Assembly (NCBI GenBank): GCA_964648765.1 | Contig: CAZYLF010000001.1 | Coordinates: 165,797-229,796 of the forward strand | Origin: an uncultured Candidatus Saccharibacteria bacterium | GTDB lineage: Bacteria > Patescibacteriota > Minisyncoccia > Phycocordibacterales > JACOZG01 | DNA: 64,000 nucleotides | Reading direction: 5' to 3' | In this document: in pieces, positions 19,123 through 28,340 of the stretch | Layout: each line of letters opens with the position of its first letter | Position numbering within the stretch: the first letter of the stretch is position 1 | Translations under genes and position numbers: made by a program | Notes under the pieces: generated by a model | Told to the model about the DNA's origin: nothing | Databases searched by the model: none | What the model saw: the letters and a program-made list of their open reading frames with translations, nothing else

Positions 19123-19889
19123 TTAAGTTAAAGTCGGAATCAGATTTAATAATAATGCGTGAAGGTGGCAAAAGGTTGGCCACCATTTTACGCTCTGTTG
19201 CCGGGCAAGCTTTACCTGGTGTTAGTGCTAAAACTCTCGATGATCTAGCTTACAAATTAATTAAAGATGGCGGAGATGAGCCGTCATTTTTAAACTACAC
19301 GCCACCGGGGGGAAGACATAAATTCCCCGCATCACTTTGTGTATCAATTAACGACACCATTGTGCATGGTATCCCCACGGTAGATAAAATTTTAAAAGCT
19401 GGTGATACTGTGGGTTTGGATTTAGGTTTAAAACACAAAGGATTTTTTCTCGATTCAGCGATTACGATCGTAGTAGGTTTAGAAAGTGATGAGTTGGATC
19501 GTTTGCTTGCCGTAACGCGCGAGGCACTCATGGCGGGTATTAAGGCGGCGGCCCCAGGTAAGCCACTGGGTGTAATAAGTAACGCAATTGAGCAAGTGGT
19601 GAGCCGAGCTGGGTATGGCCTGGTGCGCGAGCTTGGGGGGCATGGGGTGGGGTATAAGGTGCATGAGGAGCCAGAAGTGCCAAATTATGGCCCTGCCACC
19701 GCTGGGCCAATAATGAAGCCAGGGCTCGTAATTGCCATTGAGCCGATGTTAAATGAGGGCGGTAAAGATGATGTGATATTCTTAGATGACGGATTTACCG
19801 TTAAAACCAAAGACGGTTCGCGTAGTGCCCACTTCGAGCACACCGTGGCGATTACCGAAACCGGTGTAGAGATATTAACTTTAATATAA
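19119..19889 (+). CDS. map: methionine aminopeptidase type I
   Basis: Pita-bread fold motifs (DTVGLDLG, HGVGYKVHE, IEPML). 256 aa. Confidence 0.93.
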   Translation: MIKLKSESDLIIMREGGKRLATILRSVAGQALPGVSAKTLDDLAYKLIKDGGDEPSFLNYTPPGGRHKFPASLCVSINDTIVHGIPTVDKILKAGDTVGLDLGLKHKGFFLDSAITIVVGLESDELDRLLAVTREALMAGIKAAAPGKPLGVISNAIEQVVSRAGYGLVRELGGHGVGYKVHEEPEVPNYGPATAGPIMKPGLVIAIEPMLNEGGKDDVIFLDDGFTVKTKDGSRSAHFEHTVAITETGVEILTLI

Positions 19890-19893
19890 TAAT

Positions 19894-20511
19894 ATGAAAG
19901 AAAACGAAAAACATTTTAAATTTGAGAGAACATTAGTAATTATTAAACCTGATGGGGTGCAGAGGTCGCTTATTGGTGAAGTAATTAAGCGCTATGAAAG
20001 AATTGGTTTAAAGTTAGTGGGACTTAAAATTTTAGTGCCAACAGAAAAAATGGTGGAAGAACATTACACTCTCGACTCGGGATGGCGAAAAAGTGTAGGA
20101 GAAAAATCAATCAAAGGGTATACCGACAAGGGTCTGAAACCGCCAAGCAATGATCCACTGGTGGCGGCGGAGAAAGTTTTAAATAGTTTAAAAAAATACA
20201 TGACCAGCGGTCCAGTAGTGCCGATGGTGTGGCAAGGTGCTCACGCAGTAAAGATTGTGCGTAAGGTTACTGGTGGCACCGAGCCCCTCACTTCTGACAT
20301 GGGTACAATCCGTGGTGATTTTGTACTCGATTCCTACCAAATGGCTGACACCGACACACGCGCGGTACGTAACGTTATCCACGCTTCTGGTAGCGTGTCG
20401 GAGGCAGAAGCCGAGATCAATCATTGGTTCAAACCAGCCGAAATTATTGATTACCGCCTAATCGGTGACCAAATTCTCTACGATGTAAACTTGGACGGAA
20501 TTTTGGAGTAG
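19894..20511 (+). CDS. ndk: nucleoside diphosphate kinase with ~50 aa insertion
   Basis: ERTLVIIKPDGVQRSLIGEVIKRYE and NVIHASGSVSEAEAEI, the NDK active-site His region, with an extra internal segment. Confidence 0.82.
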   Translation: MKENEKHFKFERTLVIIKPDGVQRSLIGEVIKRYERIGLKLVGLKILVPTEKMVEEHYTLDSGWRKSVGEKSIKGYTDKGLKPPSNDPLVAAEKVLNSLKKYMTSGPVVPMVWQGAHAVKIVRKVTGGTEPLTSDMGTIRGDFVLDSYQMADTDTRAVRNVIHASGSVSEAEAEINHWFKPAEIIDYRLIGDQILYDVNLDGILE

Positions 20512-20674
20512 TTGACCTCAAATTTGAGAGGTTTATAATGTAGGGGAGGTTGCTTGGGGTATTATCTAGATCATAATATTTTAGGGATCTCTATATACCA
20601 GGTGCTTCGGTGCCTGATTGCGGGAACCCACCTAGATTTTTCTAGGGAAATACTCAAGTGACCTCATAAAAGTC

Positions 20675-20712
20675 CCCGCCCAAATGCTTTAGCTTTTGGC
20701 GGGCATTTTTGT
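20675..20712 (+). terminator. rho-independent terminator downstream of ndk
   Basis: CCCGCCAAA, a 10-nt loop, TTTGGCGGG, followed by CATTTTTGTT. Confidence 0.55.
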
Positions 20713-20730
20713 TAAAATCTACTTAACTTT

Positions 20731-22107
20731 ATGGCGAAAGCAAAAATTATCTTTCATGGGGGAACTGGCACGGTTACGGGCGCCAACTTTTTGTTTCAAG
20801 TTAACAATGGCGAGAGGGATTTAAAAATTATGGTGGACTGCGGAATGTTTCAAGGGTCAAAAATCGCTGACGACCAAAATCGAGACCCCTTCCCTTATGA
20901 TCCATCTACTGTTGATTACCTTTTTGTTACTCACGCACATCTCGATCACATTGGTCGCATCCCCAAATTAGTTCGTGATGGTTTTAAGGGTGTAATTTAT
21001 TCTACCCCACCCACTAAAGATATTTCCGCCGTGAGCCTAATTGATAGCCTTGGAGTACTCGAGAAGGAAGCAAAAAATTCTGGGCAAAAAGTTTTTTATG
21101 AAGAGCATGACGTGCTTGCCGCTAGTCGTTTATGGGAGACTAAAAATTATCGTGAACAGTTTACTTTGAGCGGTAATCTTAAAGTCACCTTACGCGATGC
21201 TGGGCATATTTTAGGTTCAAGCATGATTGAAATCACTAACGGAAATAAGACCATAATGTTTACTGGTGATCTCGGCAATTCTCCCACGCCACTTTTGCCC
21301 GACACAGATAAAATCTCCAATATTAATTATTTAGTCATGGAGTCTGTGTATGGTGATCGAGTACATGAAAATCGTAGCAAAAGAAAAGATCGTTTAGAGG
21401 ACGTGATTGAGAACACAATGAAGGCAGGTGGCACTTTAATGATCCCAGCCTTCTCGATTGAGCGCACGCAAGAAATTATTTATGAAATTGAGAGCATGAT
21501 GGAGGGGGGGAGGATCCCCGCCGTGCCAGTTTACTTAGATTCACCACTTGCGATTAAAGTCACTGATATTTACAAAAAATACGAAAATTATTGGAACCGA
21601 AATGTTTTTAAAGAAAACTCTGGTCTTGATGGTTTACTCAACTTCCCTAATTTAAAAATGACTCTTAACACTACCGAGTCCCGAGCCATTGGCGCAGATA
21701 AGGGGCGCAAAATAATTTTGGCTGGTTCTGGTATGAGTAATGGTGGTCGGATTTTGCATCATGAAAAGCATTATTTACCAGATCCTAAAAGCACGCTTTT
21801 AGTAATGGGTTATCAATCGGCGGGGAGTTTGGGGCGGCAACTTGAGGATGGCGCTAAGTTGGTGCGGATTATGGGTTCTGATGTGCATGTGGCCGCAAAG
21901 GTGGAGGTGATAACTGGCTACTCGGCGCACAAAGACTCTGATGGTCTCTTAGAGTTTGCTGATCAAACTTCAGACACACTTAAAAAAGTTTTTGTGGTGA
22001 TGGGCGAGCCTAAAGCGGCATTTTATTTGGTGCAACGTTTGCGTGATTATCTTGGGCTTGATGCTATTGCGCCAGAGGCGGGCGATAAAGTAGAGATTGA
22101 TTTTTAA
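20731..22107 (+). CDS. beta-CASP family metallo-beta-lactamase-fold ribonuclease (TTHA0252/CPSF-like)
   Basis: VDCGMFQG, HAHLDHIGRIPKL, YGDRVHENR, GSGMSNGGRILHH and SAHKDSDGLLEF motifs in the order typical of RNA-metabolising beta-CASP enzymes. Confidence 0.85.
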   Translation: MAKAKIIFHGGTGTVTGANFLFQVNNGERDLKIMVDCGMFQGSKIADDQNRDPFPYDPSTVDYLFVTHAHLDHIGRIPKLVRDGFKGVIYSTPPTKDISAVSLIDSLGVLEKEAKNSGQKVFYEEHDVLAASRLWETKNYREQFTLSGNLKVTLRDAGHILGSSMIEITNGNKTIMFTGDLGNSPTPLLPDTDKISNINYLVMESVYGDRVHENRSKRKDRLEDVIENTMKAGGTLMIPAFSIERTQEIIYEIESMMEGGRIPAVPVYLDSPLAIKVTDIYKKYENYWNRNVFKENSGLDGLLNFPNLKMTLNTTESRAIGADKGRKIILAGSGMSNGGRILHHEKHYLPDPKSTLLVMGYQSAGSLGRQLEDGAKLVRIMGSDVHVAAKVEVITGYSAHKDSDGLLEFADQTSDTLKKVFVVMGEPKAAFYLVQRLRDYLGLDAIAPEAGDKVEIDF

Positions 22108-22125
22108 ATAAGATAAAATATTGAA

Positions 22126-22770
22126 ATGGATGAAATTAAGCATCAACATGAACGGGTAAAAATTTGTGTTTCGGGCGCGGCAGAGACGGGGCATTGCGGA
22201 GCGCAAGCTATGGAACGCGCTAAAGAATTAGGTAGAGAGATCCACCGTCAAGGTGGAGTGTTGATCACGGGCGCCACCACCGGCTTTCCGTTTTGGTCCA
22301 CCATAGGCATTAAGGATGTGGGTGGCACATCTATCGGCTTTTCTCCTGCTTCCACGGAAAACGAGCATGTTAATCAATACGGTTTACCGATCGATTATTT
22401 GGATGTGATTGTTTACACCGGTTTTGGTTACTCTGGACGTAATTTACTTTTAACTCGTTCCACAGATGGAGTAATAATTGGTTGCGGTCGGGTAGGTACA
22501 ATTAATGAGTTTACAATTGCGTTTGAGGATGAAAAGCCCATCGGCATACTTGAGGGTGAGTGGGAGACCGATGAGGTGATTAAGGAAATAATGAAGAAGG
22601 GTAATCGCACTAGCGACAGGGTAATCTTTGACCGGGATCCTAAAAATTTAGTAAAAAGATTAATTGCCCTAATCAACGAACTTAAAATTAAAGAGCCAAA
22701 GTTTTACAAAAATCCACCCTCTGGGGGTGGATCTGGTAGCGGACACGCTGTGGCAAGTAGAATCCTTTAA
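22126..22770 (+). CDS. LOG/TIGR00725-family Rossmann-fold protein (SLOG clan) with Gly-rich C-terminal tail
   Basis: VSGAAETG...ELGREI...GGVLITGATTG...GCGRVGTINEF resembles the PGGxGTxxE lysine-decarboxylase-like (LOG) family. Confidence 0.55.
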   Translation: MDEIKHQHERVKICVSGAAETGHCGAQAMERAKELGREIHRQGGVLITGATTGFPFWSTIGIKDVGGTSIGFSPASTENEHVNQYGLPIDYLDVIVYTGFGYSGRNLLLTRSTDGVIIGCGRVGTINEFTIAFEDEKPIGILEGEWETDEVIKEIMKKGNRTSDRVIFDRDPKNLVKRLIALINELKIKEPKFYKNPPSGGGSGSGHAVASRIL

Positions 22771-23114
22771 ACTTTAACAGCCTTTACAATCTGAGCAAAA
22801 ACTTCTGGTTGATGTTCGGCGAGAGTAGCAAGAATCTTGCGATCAAGTTCAATTTTATTCTTTTTAAGTTGACCCATAAAAGCGCTGTAGCTTAAGCCTA
22901 AGGGGCGCACTCCAGCGTTAATTTTGATTTGCCACAAAGTGCGGAAGTCACCTTTTTTGTCTCGGCGACCAGTGAAGGCGTGCACTCCAGCATGGAGGAT
23001 AGCCGTTTTAGCCTCACGCTCTTTAGTGCTACGACCAAAACGGTAGCCCTTAACTTGCTTTAATGTATTGCGACGTCTTTTGGCACCAATGGTACCGCGT
23101 TTTACTCTTGGCAT
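22767..23114 (-). CDS. rplT: 50S ribosomal protein L20
   Basis: MPRVKRGTIGAKRRRNTLKQVKGYRFGRS typical L20 N-terminus. Confidence 0.93.
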   Translation of the reverse strand: MPRVKRGTIGAKRRRNTLKQVKGYRFGRSTKEREAKTAILHAGVHAFTGRRDKKGDFRTLWQIKINAGVRPLGLSYSAFMGQLKKNKIELDRKILATLAEHQPEVFAQIVKAVKV

Positions 23115-23124
23115 GGTTTAAATA

Positions 23125-23307
23125 TTAATGGCTTAAATAACGATTAAAATCTTTGGCTTTCATCTCGATCACATTTGGGCGTTTGCCAGCGAGTTGTGTG
23201 CCACGGCTCTCCTTGGCGTTGAAGTGGTTCTTGCCTGGTTTGCGCGCCAAAAGCTTCCCTGATGGGGTAACGCGAATTCTTTTACTAAATGATTTGTTTG
23301 TTTTCAT
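23125..23307 (-). CDS. rpmI: 50S ribosomal protein L35
   Basis: 60 aa basic protein between infC and rplT. Confidence 0.8.
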   Translation of the reverse strand: MKTNKSFSKRIRVTPSGKLLARKPGKNHFNAKESRGTQLAGKRPNVIEMKAKDFNRYLSH

Positions 23308-23816
23308 TTTCTTTCAATTATAATCGATAATCCTTTGTTGCTTTTTTTAGCGCTGTCGGCCACTTTGTACTCTACTGAAATAAATTTGAGCATTCGCTCC
23401 AAGCGCTCTTTTAAAAAGTTTTGATCCAAATATTTGGCACGACCTCTTAAAAAAAGGTCAAGCCTCACTCGGTGTCCTTGGTTAAGGAATTCTGAGGCTT
23501 TTATAGCTTTGATCTCAAGGTCGTGGTCGCCGGTGCCGATGGTCACTTGTATCCCTTTAGTTTCGGTAGTGGTGGTACGGCCACGGGAGAGCTTTTGTTT
23601 TTTGTTGTTTAAGTACTGAAACTTGCCAAAATCCATTAATTTGGCCACTGGTGGCACGGCATTTGGTGAGATCTCAATTAGATCCACCCCCATCTCATGA
23701 GCGCGGTTTAAGGCTTCAGTGAGGGTAATTGTACCCAAATTATCGCCATCCTCCGTAATTACACGGAGTTCTTTAGCGCGAATTTGATGATTAATGCGTA
23801 CTTGTGGTTCTTTCAA
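23304..23816 (-). CDS. infC: translation initiation factor IF-3
   Basis: INHQIRAKELRVI...LTEALNRAHEMGVDLIEISPNAVPPVAKLMDFGKFQY conserved IF3 N- and C-domain segments. Confidence 0.9.
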   Translation of the reverse strand: MKEPQVRINHQIRAKELRVITEDGDNLGTITLTEALNRAHEMGVDLIEISPNAVPPVAKLMDFGKFQYLNNKKQKLSRGRTTTTETKGIQVTIGTGDHDLEIKAIKASEFLNQGHRVRLDLFLRGRAKYLDQNFLKERLERMLKFISVEYKVADSAKKSNKGLSIIIERK

Positions 23817-23868
23817 TGCTATTTAGGGTTACAGGCTATCCTAGAGTATTTCCGAGGCAAAGTCAACT

Positions 23869-24213
23869 ATGTTAGAATGGGCTACTATGAATAAAGCACT
23901 ATTAAATCAAAAGGGGTTTTCGCCAGTTATTAGCTTAATTATTATCGTGGTTTTGGCAGGGGCAATTTACCTTGTTTCAACTTTAGGGAGAGGGGAAGAA
24001 GAGTTTGATTTTCCGGCTGTCCCTGAAGGCATAACTCTTAAAGAGGACGGCACAATTATTGAAGCTAACGGTACAATCCGTAAACCTGACGGCACAGTGA
24101 TTACTCCAGATGGCAAAACTATCACAATGCCAAATGGCGTAACGGTTTCCACAGAGGAGGGCATGACGCCTGCAGATGAGGTTGTGGCCACTTCGACAAA
24201 CAATGGAAATTAA
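23869..24213 (+). CDS. membrane-anchored hypothetical protein with PDGT repeats
   Basis: 114 aa with a TM helix (VISLIIIVVLAGAIYLV) and repeated ...PDGTVITPDGKTITMPNGVTV units. Confidence 0.45.
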   Translation: MLEWATMNKALLNQKGFSPVISLIIIVVLAGAIYLVSTLGRGEEEFDFPAVPEGITLKEDGTIIEANGTIRKPDGTVITPDGKTITMPNGVTVSTEEGMTPADEVVATSTNNGN

Positions 24214-25933
24214 TTTTTACGCCGCATTTTTGGGAGGGATTGTGTCCTTTCTTGCTCCTTGTGTGCTCCCACTCATCCCTGGGCTTTTGGCTTATTTGGC
24301 CGGGAGCACTTTAGATGAGGCTGGTGGAAGGAGGAAGGAAATATTTTTAAACACCGTGTGTTTTGTGCTCGGGTTCTCAATTGTGTTTGCCGCACTCGGC
24401 GCGCTATTTAATGGCGTGCTGAATTCGGTGGCATATGAAGTCCAAAATTGGTTGGCAAGGATCGGCGGAGTAATAATTATTATTTTCGGGTTTTATTTAA
24501 TGAGAGTAATTAAGCTCCGATTTTTAGACCGTGACCATAAATTTCAAGTTAAGCGTAAATTTAATTCACGCTACGTGACCTCCTTTATGTTTGGTTTGGC
24601 GTTTGCCGCTGGCTGGACGCCATGCGTGGGGCCAGTACTCGGTTCGCTTTTGGCACTGGCCGCCAGCTCACCGGGTTCCGCTTTCCTCTTACTCCTTACC
24701 TACGCTCTTGGTTTAGGTTTGCCATTTTTAGTGGTGGGATTATTTACTGCACAAGCCTCAGACTTTTTTACTCGTCATGCTAAAGGTTTAGGTTATGCCA
24801 ATGTAATTTTCGGCATTTTATTAGTAATTCTTGGTGGTTTGATTTTTACTCAAAAATTAAATTTACTTGGCAATTTTGAATTTTTAAATAAACAAATCTT
24901 AAAAGAGAGTGGTACTGTGCCAGCAAAAAAGGTTTCAGAATCGGCTTGTTTAACTCCCGATTTAACTTTGCCATTGCCAGAAAGTTTTATTGCCAAAGAA
25001 GCAAAGGAGGGCAAGTATATTAAAGCTCCAGAAATTTCTTCACCAGATGGATTTATAAACACACCGAGTTTGAAATTGGGGAGTTTGATAGGTAAAAAAG
25101 TCGTGCTCGTAGACTTTTGGACTTATAGTTGTATTAATTGTCAGCGGACTACGCCGTGCCTAAACGCTTGGTACAAAGAGTATGAAGACAAGGGTTTAGA
25201 GATTGTGGGCATTCATACGCCAGAATTTGAGTTTGAAAAGAATTACCAAAATGTTAAAAAGGCGGTAGAACAATTTGGTGTTAAATTCCCCGTGGTGCTC
25301 GACAGCGACTTTTCAACATGGCAGTCTTACGGCAATCGTTTTTGGCCTCGCAAATATTTAATCGATATTGATGGGAGGATTGTGTACGACCACATTGGTG
25401 AGGGCGATTATCAAAAAACTGATGAAAAAATTCGTGAGGCACTAGCTGAGCGCCAGGCGAGATTAAAAATCGATGCCAAACTTGGTGTGCGGGTGCAAGA
25501 TGAGATACCTGAAGCAGAAAAAGTTTCAACTTCTGGATTAAGCCCCGAGACTTATTTTGGTGCGAGCAGAAATGGTAATTTAGGAAATGGCGAACCAGGC
25601 AAAGCTGGTAAAATAAATTTTACTTTGCCACTACAGCTTACTCAAGATAAATTTTATTTATCTGGTGATTGGCAAATTACCAACGAGTGGGCCGAGAGTA
25701 TAAAAGCCAGTGAAATTGCAACTAAATTTTACGCTAAAAATGTTTTTATGGTGGCGGGCGCGGATCGCGCAAAAACAGTAAAAATTTATATTGATGGAGT
25801 TTTCCAAAATGAAATTACGGTGAAGGATTATGCGCTTTACCCAATTTACACTGGTGATAAACCGGGAGTTCATGAATTACGTTTAGAGATTAGTGAGCCC
25901 GGTCTCCGCGCCTACACCTTCACTTTTGGGTAA
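24203..25933 (+). CDS. CcdA/DsbD-like thiol-disulfide transporter fused to TlpA/ResA-like thioredoxin domain plus C-terminal extension
   Basis: FLAPCVLPLIPG CcdA motif in a polytopic N-terminal half, then a thioredoxin-fold CxxC (WTYSCINCQ). Start taken at MEINFY (24203). Confidence 0.8.
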   Translation: MEINFYAAFLGGIVSFLAPCVLPLIPGLLAYLAGSTLDEAGGRRKEIFLNTVCFVLGFSIVFAALGALFNGVLNSVAYEVQNWLARIGGVIIIIFGFYLMRVIKLRFLDRDHKFQVKRKFNSRYVTSFMFGLAFAAGWTPCVGPVLGSLLALAASSPGSAFLLLLTYALGLGLPFLVVGLFTAQASDFFTRHAKGLGYANVIFGILLVILGGLIFTQKLNLLGNFEFLNKQILKESGTVPAKKVSESACLTPDLTLPLPESFIAKEAKEGKYIKAPEISSPDGFINTPSLKLGSLIGKKVVLVDFWTYSCINCQRTTPCLNAWYKEYEDKGLEIVGIHTPEFEFEKNYQNVKKAVEQFGVKFPVVLDSDFSTWQSYGNRFWPRKYLIDIDGRIVYDHIGEGDYQKTDEKIREALAERQARLKIDAKLGVRVQDEIPEAEKVSTSGLSPETYFGASRNGNLGNGEPGKAGKINFTLPLQLTQDKFYLSGDWQITNEWAESIKASEIATKFYAKNVFMVAGADRAKTVKIYIDGVFQNEITVKDYALYPIYTGDKPGVHELRLEISEPGLRAYTFTFG

Positions 25934-25964
25934 AAAAAAGCTCTGCACCGTATGGGCGCAGAGC
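25932..25964 (-). terminator. terminator of acpP (minus strand), at the convergent junction with 24203..25933
   Basis: GCTCTGC / GCAGAGC stem with an 11-nt loop. An A-run on the plus strand gives a U-run 3' of the stem on the minus strand. Confidence 0.5.
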
Positions 25965-25979
25965 GGGGGTGTCGGAACT

Positions 25980-26222
25980 TCATTTACCCGGATTCAATTT
26001 TTTGAAAACGTATTCGATGGTGTCCCCGACCGTTTTGAGATTAGCGACATCAGAGTCTGGAATTGTTAATTCAAATGTATCCTCAACCTCCATCACAATC
26101 TCGGCGTTATCGAGAGAGTCATCTCCCGGCCCGCCAAATTTGTAACTTTCAGATATTTCATCATCTCCCAATTGCTCGCGCACAATCTCAAGTACCTTTT
26201 CTGCTACTTTCGCGCGTGTCAT
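25980..26222 (-). CDS. acpP: acyl carrier protein
   Basis: 80 aa acidic protein with GDDSLDNAEIVMEVEDTF matching the ACP phosphopantetheine-attachment Ser region. Confidence 0.85.
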   Translation of the reverse strand: MTRAKVAEKVLEIVREQLGDDEISESYKFGGPGDDSLDNAEIVMEVEDTFELTIPDSDVANLKTVGDTIEYVFKKLNPGK

Positions 26223-26242
26223 ATTCTGTTCCTTTCAGTAAG

Positions 26243-26866
26243 TTACACAACTTTCACACACTTGCGAATTTTTTCGCAAGCTTCTATGACTTTGCGGGGG
26301 ATTACGCTTGGGGCAATGTCGCCCTTTTTTGCGTAATTAATCAGCCGGTCCACTTCTCCCACTAACCTGCCAATTCGGTAATCGTTCATCCAGTCCATTT
26401 CTGAAATGGGGAATGAATTACCAAACGTTTTTACCTTTGGATAATGCATGTCAAAAGTCACTCGGCATCGTCTCAAGTGTGGCGGCAAAGCGACTAAGAT
26501 CAGACTTTCAATTTTTACCCTTGCTTCCCTAACCACTTCCATACCTAGCAGTACGTTGTCGAGAGTGTTGCGAGATTCCTTCTCTCGCAAAATCGCTCGG
26601 TCTGGCACACCTTGCTCAATAAGCACATGAGCAAAAAGGTCAGCTTGATTAGTAAAGCCACTTGGCAACTCTACATTACGGTGGCCCACAAATCCCGTGA
26701 CGATTATGCGGGGTGATAAACCCCTATGATAAAGTTTGGCCGCATGGACGGGAGTGTTCGTGGTACTGTGGCCAAAGCAGAAAATCGCATCAACCTCTGG
26801 CAAGTTCTCCGTGTGCTCTGTAAGGAATTTGGCAATAAGTGTTGCCTCATCATGAAGCGGGTGCAT
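26243..26866 (-). CDS. DUF218/YdcF-family (SanA/ElyC-like) protein
   Basis: DAIFCFGHST...PRIIVTGFVG...ESRNTLDNV pattern typical of the DUF218 domain. Confidence 0.65.
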   Translation of the reverse strand: MHPLHDEATLIAKFLTEHTENLPEVDAIFCFGHSTTNTPVHAAKLYHRGLSPRIIVTGFVGHRNVELPSGFTNQADLFAHVLIEQGVPDRAILREKESRNTLDNVLLGMEVVREARVKIESLILVALPPHLRRCRVTFDMHYPKVKTFGNSFPISEMDWMNDYRIGRLVGEVDRLINYAKKGDIAPSVIPRKVIEACEKIRKCVKVV

Positions 26867-26914
26867 ATCTACTCCTTTCTTTTCTTAAATTTAATGACCA
26901 ATTCTGCATATATA

Positions 26915-26962
26915 ACTAACATAAAAAAGCCCGCCATGCATCATATGATGCATGGCGGGGTG
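26915..26962 (-). repeat. 48-nt intergenic repeat containing a terminator hairpin (copy 1 of 3)
   Basis: ACTAACATAAAAAAGCCCGCCATGCATCAT|ATGATGCATGGCGGGGTG, identical to 27711..27758. On the minus strand it reads as a 15-bp perfect stem followed by CTTTTTTATG, immediately 3' of the SDR stop. Confidence 0.8.
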
Positions 26963-26972
26963 AGGTACAAAA

Positions 26973-27659
26973 TTAGGAGTAACGAGTTTCGGTAATTTCC
27001 ACTCGCGGTGGGTCACGCAAGATCTTCATAAACTCATACTTAAAGTTAGTAGAAAACCGAGACATGATTTGCTCGGCCACCCACTCTGGGTCAAGCATTT
27101 GGCTTAAGTCTTTGACGTGATCCTGCCAAAACTTAGTTCTCATCCCGGAGGGAGCGGCCACTAGCACCTTTCCGAATCGTTCAGTTAAGGAAAGGGAATT
27201 GGCAAGCATTGCCAAACCAGATTTAGTTGCACAATAAATCGGCTCTTTCTGCCTCGGTGTGGTTTGCGAAGTTGAGGTAATAACGAGGAGGTTTTGAAGA
27301 TATCCTTGCTTTGCGATCAATTTGTTGAGTAAGAGCGCAGGAGCACTTAGGCCAACAATTATCATATTAGTGATTTCACGCGCTGTGAGATCTTGCAATT
27401 CTCCAATTTGCGCATAGCCGGCGGCGTAAACGAAGGTGTTAATTGGCCGGGGGATTTTCTTAAGAAGAAGTTCCCCATGAACTCCTAATTCATCAAAATC
27501 ATTCAGATAAAAACGGATAAACTCACCGATTTTATTTTTTGGTTCATCACGACCTGTAATAATCACTTCATGGGTTAGGGCTAATCTTTTGGCTAGTTCA
27601 TAACCCAAACCGGAACTACCACCAATCACCAACGCCAGAGGTTTTACTTGATCTGTCAT
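26973..27659 (-). CDS. short-chain dehydrogenase/reductase (SDR) family oxidoreductase
   Basis: N-terminal ALVIGGSSGLGYELAKRL Rossmann TGxxxGxG motif, internal YCATKSGLAML catalytic YxxxK. 228 aa. Confidence 0.85.
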   Translation of the reverse strand: MTDQVKPLALVIGGSSGLGYELAKRLALTHEVIITGRDEPKNKIGEFIRFYLNDFDELGVHGELLLKKIPRPINTFVYAAGYAQIGELQDLTAREITNMIIVGLSAPALLLNKLIAKQGYLQNLLVITSTSQTTPRQKEPIYCATKSGLAMLANSLSLTERFGKVLVAAPSGMRTKFWQDHVKDLSQMLDPEWVAEQIMSRFSTNFKYEFMKILRDPPRVEITETRYS

Positions 27660-27710
27660 TTACTTGTCTCCTTAAAATCAAAGGCCGATTTAACAATTCC
27701 AACCCTAATT

Positions 27711-27758
27711 ACTAACATAAAAAAGCCCGCCATGCATCATATGATGCATGGCGGGGTG
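27711..27758 (-). repeat. 48-nt intergenic terminator repeat (copy 2 of 3)
   Basis: 48/48 identical to copy 1. Lies 3' of the stop of the 27771..28340 minus-strand gene. Confidence 0.8.
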
Positions 27759-27770
27759 GGGCGGACCATT

Positions 27771-28340
27771 TCAATCTCGTTGGACTCGTTCAATTGCGGC
27801 GCTAATTGTGGATCCGAGTGTTGGGTAAATCGTGAAGTCGGTACCAAGCGCCAAATTAAAGTTACGCTGGATTTGACTCAGACCGGGGAAGTTAACCTCG
27901 GCGCCAATCACAATTGGCAGATCCCGATTATGCATTAGGCGACCGCGCCATTCACCAAGTTCGCCTCTGGTATCCATGGCATAGGAGCCCTCACCAGTTC
28001 TTGGCGCGGTCTCGCTCTCACATGGTAACCAAAAGATAATACAACCTCTACGGGAAGCCAAATCGAGATAGTGTCTCTCCCAAGTTAGTTGGCGATCAAA
28101 ATACTTATCGTCACCAACCATCCTGTATTTCCAGAGGGGGTGAAGGCCATCATACCGGCGCGGGTTTGCAATATAGCAATTCGGTATATAGTTACCGATC
28201 ATGCAAGACGCCTGATTTTGCCAGTCCCCACCACCGCGGATTGGTCCAGCGAGGAAAAATAGTGGCCCACCAGCTGGGCTTAACTGCACCAGATCTTTGG
28301 GTAAAAGTAACTTCATTTCATTTCCTTTCTTAAAGACCAA
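27771..28340 (-). CDS. nucleoside 2-deoxyribosyltransferase superfamily protein (DNPH1/Rcl-like putative dNMP N-glycosidase)
   Basis: FFLAGPIRGGGDW resembles the YFCGSIRGG motif of DNPH1. DTRGELGEW...LPIVIG resembles the catalytic-Glu segment (GVGYELG...KPIL). Confidence 0.55.
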   Translation of the reverse strand: MVFKKGNEMKLLLPKDLVQLSPAGGPLFFLAGPIRGGGDWQNQASCMIGNYIPNCYIANPRRYDGLHPLWKYRMVGDDKYFDRQLTWERHYLDLASRRGCIIFWLPCESETAPRTGEGSYAMDTRGELGEWRGRLMHNRDLPIVIGAEVNFPGLSQIQRNFNLALGTDFTIYPTLGSTISAAIERVQRD

